A stretch of 64,000 nucleotides of DNA from an uncultured Alphaproteobacteria bacterium (GTDB lineage: Bacteria > Pseudomonadota > Alphaproteobacteria > RF32 > CAG-239). The stretch covers positions 4,503-68,502 of the forward strand of contig CALXTN010000001.1 of NCBI GenBank assembly GCA_944391405.1, in the 5' to 3' direction. Position numbers and translations under genes: made by a program. Positions 9,157 through 18,849 of the stretch are shown here, one piece after another (position 1 is the first letter of the stretch; each line of letters begins with the position of its first letter). Under the pieces are notes generated by a model. The model saw only the letters and a list, made by a program, of their open reading frames with translations. It did no database searches and had not been told where the DNA came from.

Positions 9157-10644
9157 TTATTCTCCTTCTATAAATCCGTAATAATAACGTTTTTCTCTTG
9201 ATTTTCCCAATATATTGCTAAATTTAAATTTTATAATCTGTGGCTCTGATACTTTTGTATAATTTTCTGTATATTCTGCATATTCTTTTAGGCTTTCCGC
9301 AAATATAATTCCACCATAGGCTTTTATATCTGCTTTGTTAAACCATGGATTACTATGAGGTTTCCCCCAAATTACAGGCTTGGGTTTATCTATACTCTCT
9401 AATGCTAAAATGCTTGATAACCAAACATCTCCAAAAACATATTTCAAGCTATCGCCTTGGTGATAATACCATTTTCTAGTAAAACTTTTAGCAAATTGCT
9501 CTCCGTTAAGATTATATTTGGGGCTATTACTGAATAAAACACTTAAACTGTAAGCTATTCCCATTATAAACATTAAAAGATAGCAAGCTTTCTGCATTTT
9601 AATATATACATCTTCCGATATATTCTCTCGAACTCCTGAAAAAAGAATAATTCCTAGTAAATATAAAAAAGGAAATCCCCACATGCTTTTTATTGGAGTT
9701 CCGCTTATCAATCCTCCGATGAATACAAAAATTATTGGGCAAATTCCTGTATAAAACAAAAACTTACTTTGAAATATTTGAATATTTAATTGATATTTGA
9801 TTTTTTGTTTAAAAAACAATACTGCGAGTAAGACACACCCTAAGCTATAGAAAAACAAGGAGGCTAAAAATTTCGACGGATACACAAAATGGTCTGTCCA
9901 ACTTGCTAAAACATCTTTTCCTCCTCTTGTTGAAAAATATTCAAAAACAAAAAAGTTATGTTCAAGTAGCCAATATAAATGAGGGATAATTATTAATATA
10001 AAAACGAGCAATCCCACATATGCTTTATATGATTTTAAGCATTTTCTCCCTTCTTCTGTAAACATCATAAGTAATGAAAAACCTAGCAACTGTAAAACAC
10101 CTGTATATTTGTTCAGTATATTCAATCCACATGCTGTTGCAGCGAACACCCACCATTTTAATTTATTTTCTATTATTGCTGAATAAAAATAATAGGCACA
10201 TATTGGCCATATGGCTAAAGACATAACATTCACATTATATTCCGGCGAACAGTATCCATAAAAGACACATCCTTCTAAAACCATAACCGATAAAACAGCT
10301 GTCCTGTGCTGATTTAATATTTTTAAAGCTAATTTATATAAATAAATAAAACCAACAAGTATACATATTTGACTTAGAAAATATACTGCTTTCGTATTTT
10401 CTGAAAACAAAAGATATATTCCATATGCAGGGAATCCTGAGAGTGGCGGATGTTTATTTGTCCCCCAAAAACAATATTTCCCCCACCATATAGCTTCCAA
10501 ACTATCCATAGGAACACCGTTCCTTAATAAAGGGAGTAAACTCCATACACACATATGGATAAAGCAAAAAGTTACTAGAGGATATTGTTTTATATATTTT
10601 TTTATACTCATTTTACACTCAAACTTAATTTCTCCTTTTCCCAT
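9157..10644 (-). CDS. GT-C fold lipid-linked sugar transferase (ArnT/PMT family, GT39/GT83-like)
   Basis: A roughly 495-aa protein with more than 10 predicted TM segments and an aromatic-rich N-terminal loop (WGTNKHPPLSGF). It is adjacent to the GT2. The start is uncertain (10644 or ATG at 10611). Confidence 0.7.
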   Translation of the reverse strand: MGKGEIKFECKMSIKKYIKQYPLVTFCFIHMCVWSLLPLLRNGVPMDSLEAIWWGKYCFWGTNKHPPLSGFPAYGIYLLFSENTKAVYFLSQICILVGFIYLYKLALKILNQHRTAVLSVMVLEGCVFYGYCSPEYNVNVMSLAIWPICAYYFYSAIIENKLKWWVFAATACGLNILNKYTGVLQLLGFSLLMMFTEEGRKCLKSYKAYVGLLVFILIIIPHLYWLLEHNFFVFEYFSTRGGKDVLASWTDHFVYPSKFLASLFFYSLGCVLLAVLFFKQKIKYQLNIQIFQSKFLFYTGICPIIFVFIGGLISGTPIKSMWGFPFLYLLGIILFSGVRENISEDVYIKMQKACYLLMFIMGIAYSLSVLFSNSPKYNLNGEQFAKSFTRKWYYHQGDSLKYVFGDVWLSSILALESIDKPKPVIWGKPHSNPWFNKADIKAYGGIIFAESLKEYAEYTENYTKVSEPQIIKFKFSNILGKSREKRYYYGFIEGE

Positions 10645-10782
10645 TTATTTAATATTATCTAACTTTATTTGACAAGCTTAAACATTTTTGTTTTTTTTAC
10701 TCTTTTGCGTTATAAAAAAATTTAAACTTGAAAAAAATCTTAAGAGTGCTAGTAATCTATGGTATTTAAAAGGAGATTACTT

Positions 10783-11070
10783 ATGGCTGTTGATAACGAC
10801 ACTGTGAAAAAAATTGCTTTATTAGCAAAACTTAGAGTGGATGAAAAAAAATTAGAAGACACAAAGTCCGAATTTAATAAAATTCTTACTTGGGTAGAGG
10901 AACTTGGTGAAGTAAATACTGATAATGTTGAGCCTTTATCTTCTGTTAATGATGAGGCTTTAACTTTGAGAGAGGATATTGTTACTTCTGGACATATTAG
11001 TCAGGATATTTTGAAAAACGCCCCCGAACAAGAATTTGGATATTTTGTTGTACCGAAAGTTGTGGAGTGA
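10783..11070 (+). CDS. gatC: Asp/Glu-tRNA amidotransferase subunit C
   Basis: VKKIALLAKLRVDEKKLE...NVEPL. AAGGAG lies 7 nt upstream of the ATG at 10783. gatA follows. Confidence 0.9.
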   Translation: MAVDNDTVKKIALLAKLRVDEKKLEDTKSEFNKILTWVEELGEVNTDNVEPLSSVNDEALTLREDIVTSGHISQDILKNAPEQEFGYFVVPKVVE

Positions 11071-11073
11071 AAA

Positions 11074-12528
11074 ATGACTGATTTAACGGATCTTACTATT
11101 GTTGACGCTTTATCTAAATTAAGAGAAAAGCAAATTTCTCCTGTTGAATTAACTCAAGCATATATACAAAATTTAAGTAATAACCATAAATACAATGCTT
11201 ATATTACTTTGGTTGCTGACCAAGCTTTGCAGCAAGCTTATTTGTCTGAGCAAAATTATATAAATAAAAAAAATCGTCCTTTAGAAGGCATTCCTTTGGG
11301 TATTAAGGATCTTTTTTGTACAAAAGGTATAAGAACAACAGCTTGCTCTCATATTTTAGATAACTTTATTCCTCAATACGAATCTACTGTTACACAAAAT
11401 CTTCTAAACGATGGAGCTTTGTTTTTAGGAAAACTTAATATGGATGAGTTTGCTATGGGCGGAAGTAATGAAACTAGTTACTACGGTCCGGTTGTTAATC
11501 CGTGGAGCAAGGACAAACCTCTCGTTGCTGGAGGATCTTCTGGGGGCTCAGCCGCTGCTGTTGCGGCAAAAATGTGTGCAGCTGCCACAGCTACTGATAC
11601 TGGTGGTTCTATACGTGAACCTTCTGCATTTTGTGGTGTTACCGGCATTAAACCTACTTATGGAAGATGTTCTCGTTATGGGATTATTGCTTTTGCTTCA
11701 TCTCTTGATCAAGCAGGTCCTATTTGTAAAAATGTCGCAGATTGTGCTATTCTTTTAAATAGTATGGCAGGATACGATCCTAAGGATTCAACATCTTCTA
11801 AACGTGATGTTCCTGATTTTTCTTCTTTTATTGGACAAGATATAAAAGGATTAAAAATCGGTATCCCCGAAGAATATAGACCGGTAGGACTTAATTCTGA
11901 AGTTGCTTCTTGTTGGGATAAAGCTATTCAAATCCTTAAATATTGCGGAGCTGAAATAGTTCATATTAATCTTCCTCATACTAAATACGCTTTGCCAACC
12001 TATTATGTTATTGCTCCTGCTGAAGCTTCTTCAAATTTAGCACGTTATGACGGTGTTCGTTATGGTTTGAGAGAAGATGGAAACAGCCTTGATGAACTTT
12101 ATATTAATACAAGAACAGCTGGGTTTGGTGCAGAGGTAAAACGTCGTATTCTTATTGGTACTTATGTGTTATCTGCTGGTTATTATGATGCATATTATCT
12201 TAAGGCGCAAAAAGTTCGAAGATTAATTAAGAATGATTTTGATAATGCTTTTCAAAATTGCGACATTATACTAACACCAACCTCTCCAGTTGAACCTTTT
12301 GCTATTGGAGATACAAGGATGTTAGAAAATCCCATTAATATGTATCTTAACGATGTATTCACCGTTTCCGTTAATTTAGCAGGTCTTCCGGCTATGAGTT
12401 TACCTATTGGGTTATCTCAAAATGGTTTACCTCTCGGTATGCAATTAATTGGACGGGCTTTTGACGAAGGTACAATATTTAAAACTGCTTATCAGTTGGA
12501 ACGTGGTGCAAATTTTGTTAGGATATAA
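11074..12528 (+). CDS. gatA: Asp/Glu-tRNA amidotransferase subunit A
   Basis: Amidase signature [13 protein letters not shown] and [15 protein letters not shown]. Confidence 0.95.
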   Translation: MTDLTDLTIVDALSKLREKQISPVELTQAYIQNLSNNHKYNAYITLVADQALQQAYLSEQNYINKKNRPLEGIPLGIKDLFCTKGIRTTACSHILDNFIPQYESTVTQNLLNDGALFLGKLNMDEFAMGGSNETSYYGPVVNPWSKDKPLVAGGSSGGSAAAVAAKMCAAATATDTGGSIREPSAFCGVTGIKPTYGRCSRYGIIAFASSLDQAGPICKNVADCAILLNSMAGYDPKDSTSSKRDVPDFSSFIGQDIKGLKIGIPEEYRPVGLNSEVASCWDKAIQILKYCGAEIVHINLPHTKYALPTYYVIAPAEASSNLARYDGVRYGLREDGNSLDELYINTRTAGFGAEVKRRILIGTYVLSAGYYDAYYLKAQKVRRLIKNDFDNAFQNCDIILTPTSPVEPFAIGDTRMLENPINMYLNDVFTVSVNLAGLPAMSLPIGLSQNGLPLGMQLIGRAFDEGTIFKTAYQLERGANFVRI

Positions 12529-12531
12529 AAT

Positions 12532-13986
12532 ATGTCAGAATATATTATTGAAACAGAAAAGGGAAAATGGGAAATTGTTTGTGGTTTAGAAATTCATTGT
12601 CAAATTATTTCTAAGTCTAAGATATTTAGTGGGGCGCCGGCTGAATTTGGAGATGATGCAAACGAAAATGTTTCTTTTGTAGATGCAGCTATGCCCGGAA
12701 TGTTACCGACCTTAAACGAGGAGTGTGTTCATCAAGCTATAAAAACAGGTCTTGGGTTAAATGCTGTCATTAATAAATATTCCGTATTTTCACGGAAAAA
12801 TTATTTTTACGCTGATTCTCCTCAAGGATATCAAATTACTCAATTTGAACATCCTATTGTTGGCGAAGGGAAAATTACTATCGATTTGACTGATGGCTCT
12901 TCTAAGGATATTCGTATTGAGCGATTACATATTGAACAAGACGCCGCAAAATCTATCCATGACTTAAATCCAACAAAAAGCTTTATTGATTTTAATAGAT
13001 GTGGTGTCGGTTTAATGGAAATTGTCACAAAACCTGATTTTCGTTCTCCTGAAGAAGTTGGGGCTTTTTTAAGAAAATTGCGTTCAATATTGCGTTATCT
13101 CGGCACATGTGATGGTAATATGGATGAAGGCTCTATGCGCTGCGATGCAAGTATTTCCGTTCGGCCTCTGGGAAGTAACGAACTGAGACAACGAGCTGAA
13201 GTCAAAAATGTAAATTCTGTTAAATTTGCTATGCAAGCTATTGATTCTGAAGCACACCGCCAAGTTGAGGTTTATGAATCCGGTGGTACTATTTTGCAGC
13301 AAACTTGTCGATTTGATCCATCAACTGGTGGTACTAAATTTTTACGACTTAAAGAGTTCTCGGATGATTATCGTTATTTCCCTGAACCTGATTTACCTCC
13401 TTTGATTTTAAGTGATGAATTAATTAACAAAATTAAAGAAGAATTAGTTGAGCTACCGGATGCAAAGAAATCTCGTTTTATTAATGAGCTTGGCTTGACT
13501 CCCTATGACGCTATGGTTATTTGTGAGAATAAAGAGGTTGCCGACTTTTTTGAAAAAGCCGCACAAGGGAGAGATGCTAAAAAGGTTGCTAATTGGTTGA
13601 TTGGAGATTTCTTTGCTATGTTAAAAAAGAAAAATATTGAGATTTCTCAATCCCCTGTTTCCGCAGAAAACCTTGGTAAATTAGTTGATCTTATTTCTCG
13701 TGATGTTATTTCTGGTAAAATTGCAAAAGATGTTTTTGAAATTATGACGGAAACTTCTGATGATCCTGAAAAAATTGTTGAAGAAAAAGGATTAAAACAA
13801 GTTACAGATACATCTGCAATTGAGGCAATTATTGACGCTGTTATTGAAGCAAATCCTGATAATGTAGCTAATTATAGAGCTGGGAAAGTAAATCTTTTAG
13901 GTTGGTTTGTGGGACAAGTAATTAAACAGTCTAAAGGGAAAGCAAATCCAGCTTTGGTTAATAAGCTTTTAAAAGAAAAGTTATAA
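12532..13986 (+). CDS. gatB: Asp/Glu-tRNA amidotransferase subunit B
   Basis: WEIVCGLEIHCQI...YFYADSPQGYQITQ...RYFPEPDLPP. Confidence 0.95.
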   Translation: MSEYIIETEKGKWEIVCGLEIHCQIISKSKIFSGAPAEFGDDANENVSFVDAAMPGMLPTLNEECVHQAIKTGLGLNAVINKYSVFSRKNYFYADSPQGYQITQFEHPIVGEGKITIDLTDGSSKDIRIERLHIEQDAAKSIHDLNPTKSFIDFNRCGVGLMEIVTKPDFRSPEEVGAFLRKLRSILRYLGTCDGNMDEGSMRCDASISVRPLGSNELRQRAEVKNVNSVKFAMQAIDSEAHRQVEVYESGGTILQQTCRFDPSTGGTKFLRLKEFSDDYRYFPEPDLPPLILSDELINKIKEELVELPDAKKSRFINELGLTPYDAMVICENKEVADFFEKAAQGRDAKKVANWLIGDFFAMLKKKNIEISQSPVSAENLGKLVDLISRDVISGKIAKDVFEIMTETSDDPEKIVEEKGLKQVTDTSAIEAIIDAVIEANPDNVANYRAGKVNLLGWFVGQVIKQSKGKANPALVNKLLKEKL

Positions 13987-14129
13987 CTTATTTTTTAACT
14001 TAAAACTTTCGTTGTATTATAAAGCTGTCTAGTATATAGACAGCTTTATAAACATAGACATTAGTTTTATATCCCTTTATTTTGCAAATATTGCTTTTAT
14101 ATTATTTGTACTTTTATGAGGAGGGTTAA

Positions 14130-14324
14130 ATGAGTAACGTCAATATTGCAAATTTTGTTGTTTATGATTTAGCTAGCCAATTTAATTTTGTTGAAAATCA
14201 TGAATTAGATAATGAAATTGTAGGGCTTGTTGCTGATCACTGGAATAAAAAACATTTTGTTTCAGGCACTAAAAATCTTAAATTTAATCATAGCAGCAAT
14301 ATTCGCCAAAAATTTATAATCTAG
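14130..14324 (+). CDS. Hypothetical small protein (64 aa)
   Basis: Strong SD GAGGAGGG lies 5 nt upstream of the ATG. No family recognised. Confidence 0.4.
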   Translation: MSNVNIANFVVYDLASQFNFVENHELDNEIVGLVADHWNKKHFVSGTKNLKFNHSSNIRQKFII

Positions 14325-14425
14325 AATCGTTTTTTATTGTCAATATAGCTTTTTTGAGATCTTTAAAATACTATTTTCGTACATACTTATTGCATGTTCG
14401 GATTATTTTTTATGTGAGGTATGAT

Positions 14426-14677
14426 ATGAAAAAAGTTCAAATTGATCGATTAAAAGAAAATATTATGTTTGTTGGAACTATTTATGATAGTTTTGAAGCT
14501 CTTGAAGAAACTCTTGGTAAGCTAAAACTTGAACGTCCTTTATTCATTACGCATGTTGCTAAAATTGCTTTTGCAGAAGAAGTTTTTAAACGTGTAGAAG
14601 GAGCTCCTAAACTATGCCGTTTTACTCATCATTCTAATTCTAAGATTACTACTATTTCTCCGCGTTTTTATAATTAG
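14426..14677 (+). CDS. Hypothetical small protein (83 aa from the internal ATG)
   Basis: GTGAGG SD before the ATG at 14426. A strong terminator hairpin follows. No family recognised. Confidence 0.4.
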   Translation: MKKVQIDRLKENIMFVGTIYDSFEALEETLGKLKLERPLFITHVAKIAFAEEVFKRVEGAPKLCRFTHHSNSKITTISPRFYN

Positions 14678-14684
14678 TTGCATA

Positions 14685-14720
14685 TAAAAAAACTCCTTGG
14701 AAAAATCCAAGGAGTTTTTT
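14685..14720. terminator. Bidirectional intrinsic terminator between the small ORFs and secF
   Basis: AAAAAACTCCTTGG-aaaaat-CCAAGGAGTTTTTT: a perfect stem with an A-run on one side and a T-run on the other. Confidence 0.85.
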
Positions 14721-14731
14721 ATTTTTTATAC

Positions 14732-15667
14732 TTATCCGATTGATCCAAAATAATTCTCTTCCTCTGAATGATGAACTGCACGCAAATCAAATAAATTCAA
14801 AATTGCTGCAGATACATAAATTGAAGAATATGTTCCGATGATCAACCCTGAAAGAATTGTGAACGAAAAGCTTTCCAGTGCATCTCCTCCCCACAAGAAC
14901 AGAGGAATAACAGCTATTAATGTTGTTACTCCTGTCAATATTGTACGGGAGAAAATATCGTTTACGCTTTTATTAATCAGTTCTTCTTGTGGCATTTTAC
15001 GATATTTTTTCAAATTCTCACGAATTCTATCATATGTTACCACTTTATCATTCACAGAATAACCAACTAACGTTAAAATTGCCGCAATAGTTGTTAAACT
15101 AAAATCATATCTGAAAAATGAAAGCAATCCTACAACTATTATAGTGTCGTGAAATAGACCCAACAGTGCACCAACAGCAAACTGCCATTCAAATCTAACC
15201 CAGATATAAATAGCGATGGCTAATATTGCTAAAATTGAAGCTACAGTTCCAGCTGTTTTTAGTTCATCACCAACTTGAGGTCCAACTGTTTCAACACGGC
15301 GGTATTCATAATCATTACCAAGAATTTCTCTGATTTCTGCAACAGCTTTACGTTGAGCAACTTCATTTGCATTATCTGCCTGAGCTCTGATCATTAATTC
15401 TTTTCCTTCGGTTCCTATTGTTTGAAGATTTAATTCATCTAACTTTACAACACTTAATTTAGAACGAATTTCTTCTATATTGATAGGCTGTTCCGATTTG
15501 ATTTCCATTAAAACACCACCTGAAAAATCAATACCGAAATTAAAACTTTTCAGATAGATACTAGCTATTGATAATATCACCATAACAGACGACAGTATGT
15601 ATGTAAAATACCGCGCTTTCATGAAATTGATATTTGTGTCTTTTGTTATCCATTTTAACATTGTCAT
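14732..15667 (-). CDS. secF: Protein translocase subunit SecF
   Basis: INFMKARYFTYILS...GIDFSGG...RTILTGVTTLI. It lies downstream of secD. Confidence 0.93.
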   Translation of the reverse strand: MTMLKWITKDTNINFMKARYFTYILSSVMVILSIASIYLKSFNFGIDFSGGVLMEIKSEQPINIEEIRSKLSVVKLDELNLQTIGTEGKELMIRAQADNANEVAQRKAVAEIREILGNDYEYRRVETVGPQVGDELKTAGTVASILAILAIAIYIWVRFEWQFAVGALLGLFHDTIIVVGLLSFFRYDFSLTTIAAILTLVGYSVNDKVVTYDRIRENLKKYRKMPQEELINKSVNDIFSRTILTGVTTLIAVIPLFLWGGDALESFSFTILSGLIIGTYSSIYVSAAILNLFDLRAVHHSEEENYFGSIG

Positions 15668-15685
15668 TTTTCTATTCCTTTTTAC

Positions 15686-17233
15686 TTAAATCGGTAGTGT
15701 CTTTGGTTTATAACGATTAAACCAAGCGGCAATTATCAATCTGGTTACAGTTACAGATGTAAACATTGATGTTGCAATACCAATTGACAAAGTTACAGCA
15801 AATCCTCTTACCGGACCGCTTCCAAAGTAAAACAGAACGGCTGCGGCAATTAATGTTGTTAAATTGGAGTCAATAATTGTACCCCAAGCAATTGAAAATC
15901 CGCTCTCTATAGCATCCTTTATAGAACGTCCATTTTTGACTTCTTCACGCATGCGTTCAAAGATCAAAACGTTGGCATCAACTGCCATACCGATTGTTAA
16001 GATAATTCCGGCAATACCCGGCAAGGTCAATGTTGCGCCAATTAAACTCAAAGCACCTAACATTAAGAACAAGTTTAAGAATACAGTAATTGTTGTAAAC
16101 AAGCCAAACAATCCATATGCCAAAACCAAGAATATAACCACACCGATGAAACCAATTACAGAAGCAAATATACCGGCTTCAATAGAATCTGCACCGAGGC
16201 CTGCTCCTACGGTTCTTTCTTCCAAAATATTTAATGGAGCAGGTAATGCACCTGAACGAAGCAATAAAGCAAGTTCTTGTGCGCTCTCAGAAGTGTAGTT
16301 ACCAGTAATCACACCTGAGCCACCTGTAATGGCTGATTGGATAGTCGGTGCTGAAATAACTTCATCATCCAAAACAATTGCCAATTGTTCACCAATGTTG
16401 TTTTTGGTAACTTCGCCAAATTTCTTTGCACCTAAATTGTTAAATTTAAAGCTAACCGCCGGGGCTCCTTCTTGGAAAGAAACACCTGCATCTGTTAATG
16501 TTTCACCACCAACAGCTGGCTTTCTAACAATAACATATTGCTCGCCTTCAACACCCCTTATAATACGTGATGAACTTTTTAATTTGCCTCGCTTTGCTTC
16601 AGCTACGGAAGTTGAACTATCAACTAAGTGGAAAGTCATTTTTGCGGTTTTACCTAGCAATACTTTAACTTCTTCTGGATTTTGAACACCAGGTAATTGA
16701 ACCAAAATTCTTCCTTCACCTTGACTTTGAATTATTGGTTCATTCGTACCATATTCATCAATACGCTTACGAACAATTTCAATTGATTGATCTATCAGTT
16801 TTCTTTTAATTTCATTTAAGGCTTGTTCATCATAAGTTACAACCAAGACGTCATTGCCATTATCTGTTACTTTCAAGCCATCATCCATTTTACGCAATGG
16901 AACCATTGCTTTGGCTCTGGAATTTGTGCTCTCAATTTTTACCTTCAGACCATTTTCATCTGAATTTATGCTTTGATAACGAATTCTTGCCTCTTTTAGA
17001 GCTGAACGAGCAGCATCTTCTAAAGTCTGCATTCTATCTTTTAGGGCTGTCGTCATATCCACTTCAAGCAACAAACTTGAACCACCCTGCAGGTCTAGTC
17101 CTAAATTTACAGGTTGCCACCATGATGGCAAGGTTGTTTTTGGATCTTTAACGAAGTTTGGAACGGCAAAAAATATGCCTATCAAACATATCGCTAAAAT
17201 CATAACTATTCTTTGTAACGATAATTTATACAT
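15686..17233 (-). CDS. secD: Protein translocase subunit SecD
   Basis: LGLDLQGGSSLLLEVD...LPGIAGIILTIGMAVDANVLIFERMREE. Confidence 0.93.
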   Translation of the reverse strand: MYKLSLQRIVMILAICLIGIFFAVPNFVKDPKTTLPSWWQPVNLGLDLQGGSSLLLEVDMTTALKDRMQTLEDAARSALKEARIRYQSINSDENGLKVKIESTNSRAKAMVPLRKMDDGLKVTDNGNDVLVVTYDEQALNEIKRKLIDQSIEIVRKRIDEYGTNEPIIQSQGEGRILVQLPGVQNPEEVKVLLGKTAKMTFHLVDSSTSVAEAKRGKLKSSSRIIRGVEGEQYVIVRKPAVGGETLTDAGVSFQEGAPAVSFKFNNLGAKKFGEVTKNNIGEQLAIVLDDEVISAPTIQSAITGGSGVITGNYTSESAQELALLLRSGALPAPLNILEERTVGAGLGADSIEAGIFASVIGFIGVVIFLVLAYGLFGLFTTITVFLNLFLMLGALSLIGATLTLPGIAGIILTIGMAVDANVLIFERMREEVKNGRSIKDAIESGFSIAWGTIIDSNLTTLIAAAVLFYFGSGPVRGFAVTLSIGIATSMFTSVTVTRLIIAAWFNRYKPKTLPI

Positions 17234-17268
17234 TATTGTTCTCTCTTTTCTATTGTTTATTCTTTAGC

Positions 17269-17598
17269 TTATTGTTTTGAAATAACTTCTCTAACGCTTG
17301 ATCGAGATATTTTTATCTCTACACCGTTAGCAATTTCTACTGTCAAAACACCTTCTTCTGCTTTAACAACTTTTGCATAAACACCGCCTCCAGTCAGAAT
17401 TTCATCTTTAGGCTTAATGGCATTTAGCATATCTTCATGTTCTTTCATTTTTTTCTGTTGTGGACGAATCAGCAAAAAATAAAATATTGCAAATACAATA
17501 ACTAATTGCACAATAAAGCCAACCATCGGATTTGGTTCTACTGTTGCAGCAGCATCCGTCGCAGCAATAGCTTCTGATATAAACATTGTTTTCTCCAT
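17269..17598 (-). CDS. yajC: Preprotein translocase subunit YajC
   Basis: FYFLLIRPQQKKMKEH...TGGGVYAKVV. It lies upstream of secD. Confidence 0.9.
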   Translation of the reverse strand: MEKTMFISEAIAATDAAATVEPNPMVGFIVQLVIVFAIFYFLLIRPQQKKMKEHEDMLNAIKPKDEILTGGGVYAKVVKAEEGVLTVEIANGVEIKISRSSVREVISKQ

Positions 17599-17729
17599 TT
17601 AAAATTTAATCTTTTTCGTAAGGAGTTTACGCAAAAAAAATGCTTGATACAACTCAAAATACAGAGATTTACCACGAAAATTTTAATTTATCCGAATATT
17701 AGATTTATCTTTGGCTCGGCTAAGCTTTT

Positions 17730-18716
17730 TTACGGAAGATAAGAACGGGGATTTACTGCTTTTTTGCCTGCTCTAACTTCAAAATGCAGCTGTGGAAAAT
17801 TAACACTTCCCGTGCTTCCCACTGTGGCTATTTTTTCGCCACGCAATACTTTCTGTCCTTTTTTTACATATAAATGCTGATTATGCGCATATGCTGTAAT
17901 GTAACCATCACTATGTTTGATTAGAATTAGATTACCAAATCCCTTTAATTCGTTTCCAGCATAGGCAACAACTCCTTTATCAGCTGCTTTTACATTTGTT
18001 CCCATTGCTGCCTTTATATTAATACCATCATTTTTGCGTCCTTTACCAACAATACCAAAATTTGAGACGATTGTTCCTTGCACAGGCCATATAAACTTGG
18101 TTTTTCTGTATGTTGAAACATTCCTACGAGGCGCTTTTTTATTTATACTTTTAGAAGTTGCCGTTGTTTTTTTTGTAGTTGCTTTACTTTTTGTATTCTT
18201 ACTTGTGGTTACTGTTTTTTTCGCAGTACTACCTTTTGTATAAGAATAACTAGACGAACCTCCTGAACTTGTTTTTGATACAACTTGGTATTGAGTATTA
18301 CTATTGCTACTTCCAGCCAAAGTTTCGGGCAGCAGAAGAGTTTGTCCTACGCTAATCGTATATGGTTCTTCCAAATCATTTAAACGACTTAGAGATGTTA
18401 TATCAACGTTATACTTTTTTGAAATGCTGTATAATGTTTCCCCCTTAGAAACTGTATGTTTCTGTCGTTTTGGCAACTTTAAACTTTGCCCAATATTTAG
18501 AGCATAAGGGGCTGATAGATTATTTTCTTCAATTAATCCTCTTAGCGGAACTTGATATTTTCTGGACAAACTGTATAGAGTATCCCCCTTTTGAACAATC
18601 ACATTGCCTGGGGTATAGTTGTAACCATAACTATTAAACAAAGGTATACCACCGCTTCTGGCATAACAACCAAACAGCAGAGGGATAAAAAGTAATGTAA
18701 TTAATGCCTTTCTCAT
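17730..18716 (-). CDS. LysM-domain M23 metallopeptidase lipoprotein (NlpD-like)
   Basis: Lipobox LLFGC, two LysM repeats (VQKGDTLYSLSRKY / VSKGETLYSISKKY), a Ser/Thr/Lys-rich linker, and an M23 core GINIKAAMGTNV...GYITAYAHN...VGSTGS. Confidence 0.88.
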   Translation of the reverse strand: MRKALITLLFIPLLFGCYARSGGIPLFNSYGYNYTPGNVIVQKGDTLYSLSRKYQVPLRGLIEENNLSAPYALNIGQSLKLPKRQKHTVSKGETLYSISKKYNVDITSLSRLNDLEEPYTISVGQTLLLPETLAGSSNSNTQYQVVSKTSSGGSSSYSYTKGSTAKKTVTTSKNTKSKATTKKTTATSKSINKKAPRRNVSTYRKTKFIWPVQGTIVSNFGIVGKGRKNDGINIKAAMGTNVKAADKGVVAYAGNELKGFGNLILIKHSDGYITAYAHNQHLYVKKGQKVLRGEKIATVGSTGSVNFPQLHFEVRAGKKAVNPRSYLP

Positions 18717-18849
18717 TGTTTTCCTTTGTTTATTATTGCCTTTTATATGAAAAAAACTAAATATTCGTTAAACTCTGGTAGAATCTATTCTTGATTTTTA
18801 TAGCACATTATTTTATACAGAGATAAATTATCTATTTAAGGAAAAATTT

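Noticed and set aside
15864-17151. ORFs of 84-144 aa on the plus strand inside secD (15864..16298, 16329..16685, 16897..17151). Similar antisense or out-of-frame ORFs lie in dprA (22917..23282), plsY (24209..24592), frr/uppS (25822..26196), gatA (11444..11758), fabZ (32105..32512) and the T4CP locus (53134..53520, 54325..54786, 54986..55297).
   Set aside because: They lie wholly within well-supported genes on the opposite strand or in another frame. They have low-complexity, AT-skewed composition (Ile/Phe/Leu/Ser/Asn-rich), no SD and no recognisable motifs. These are shadow ORFs.
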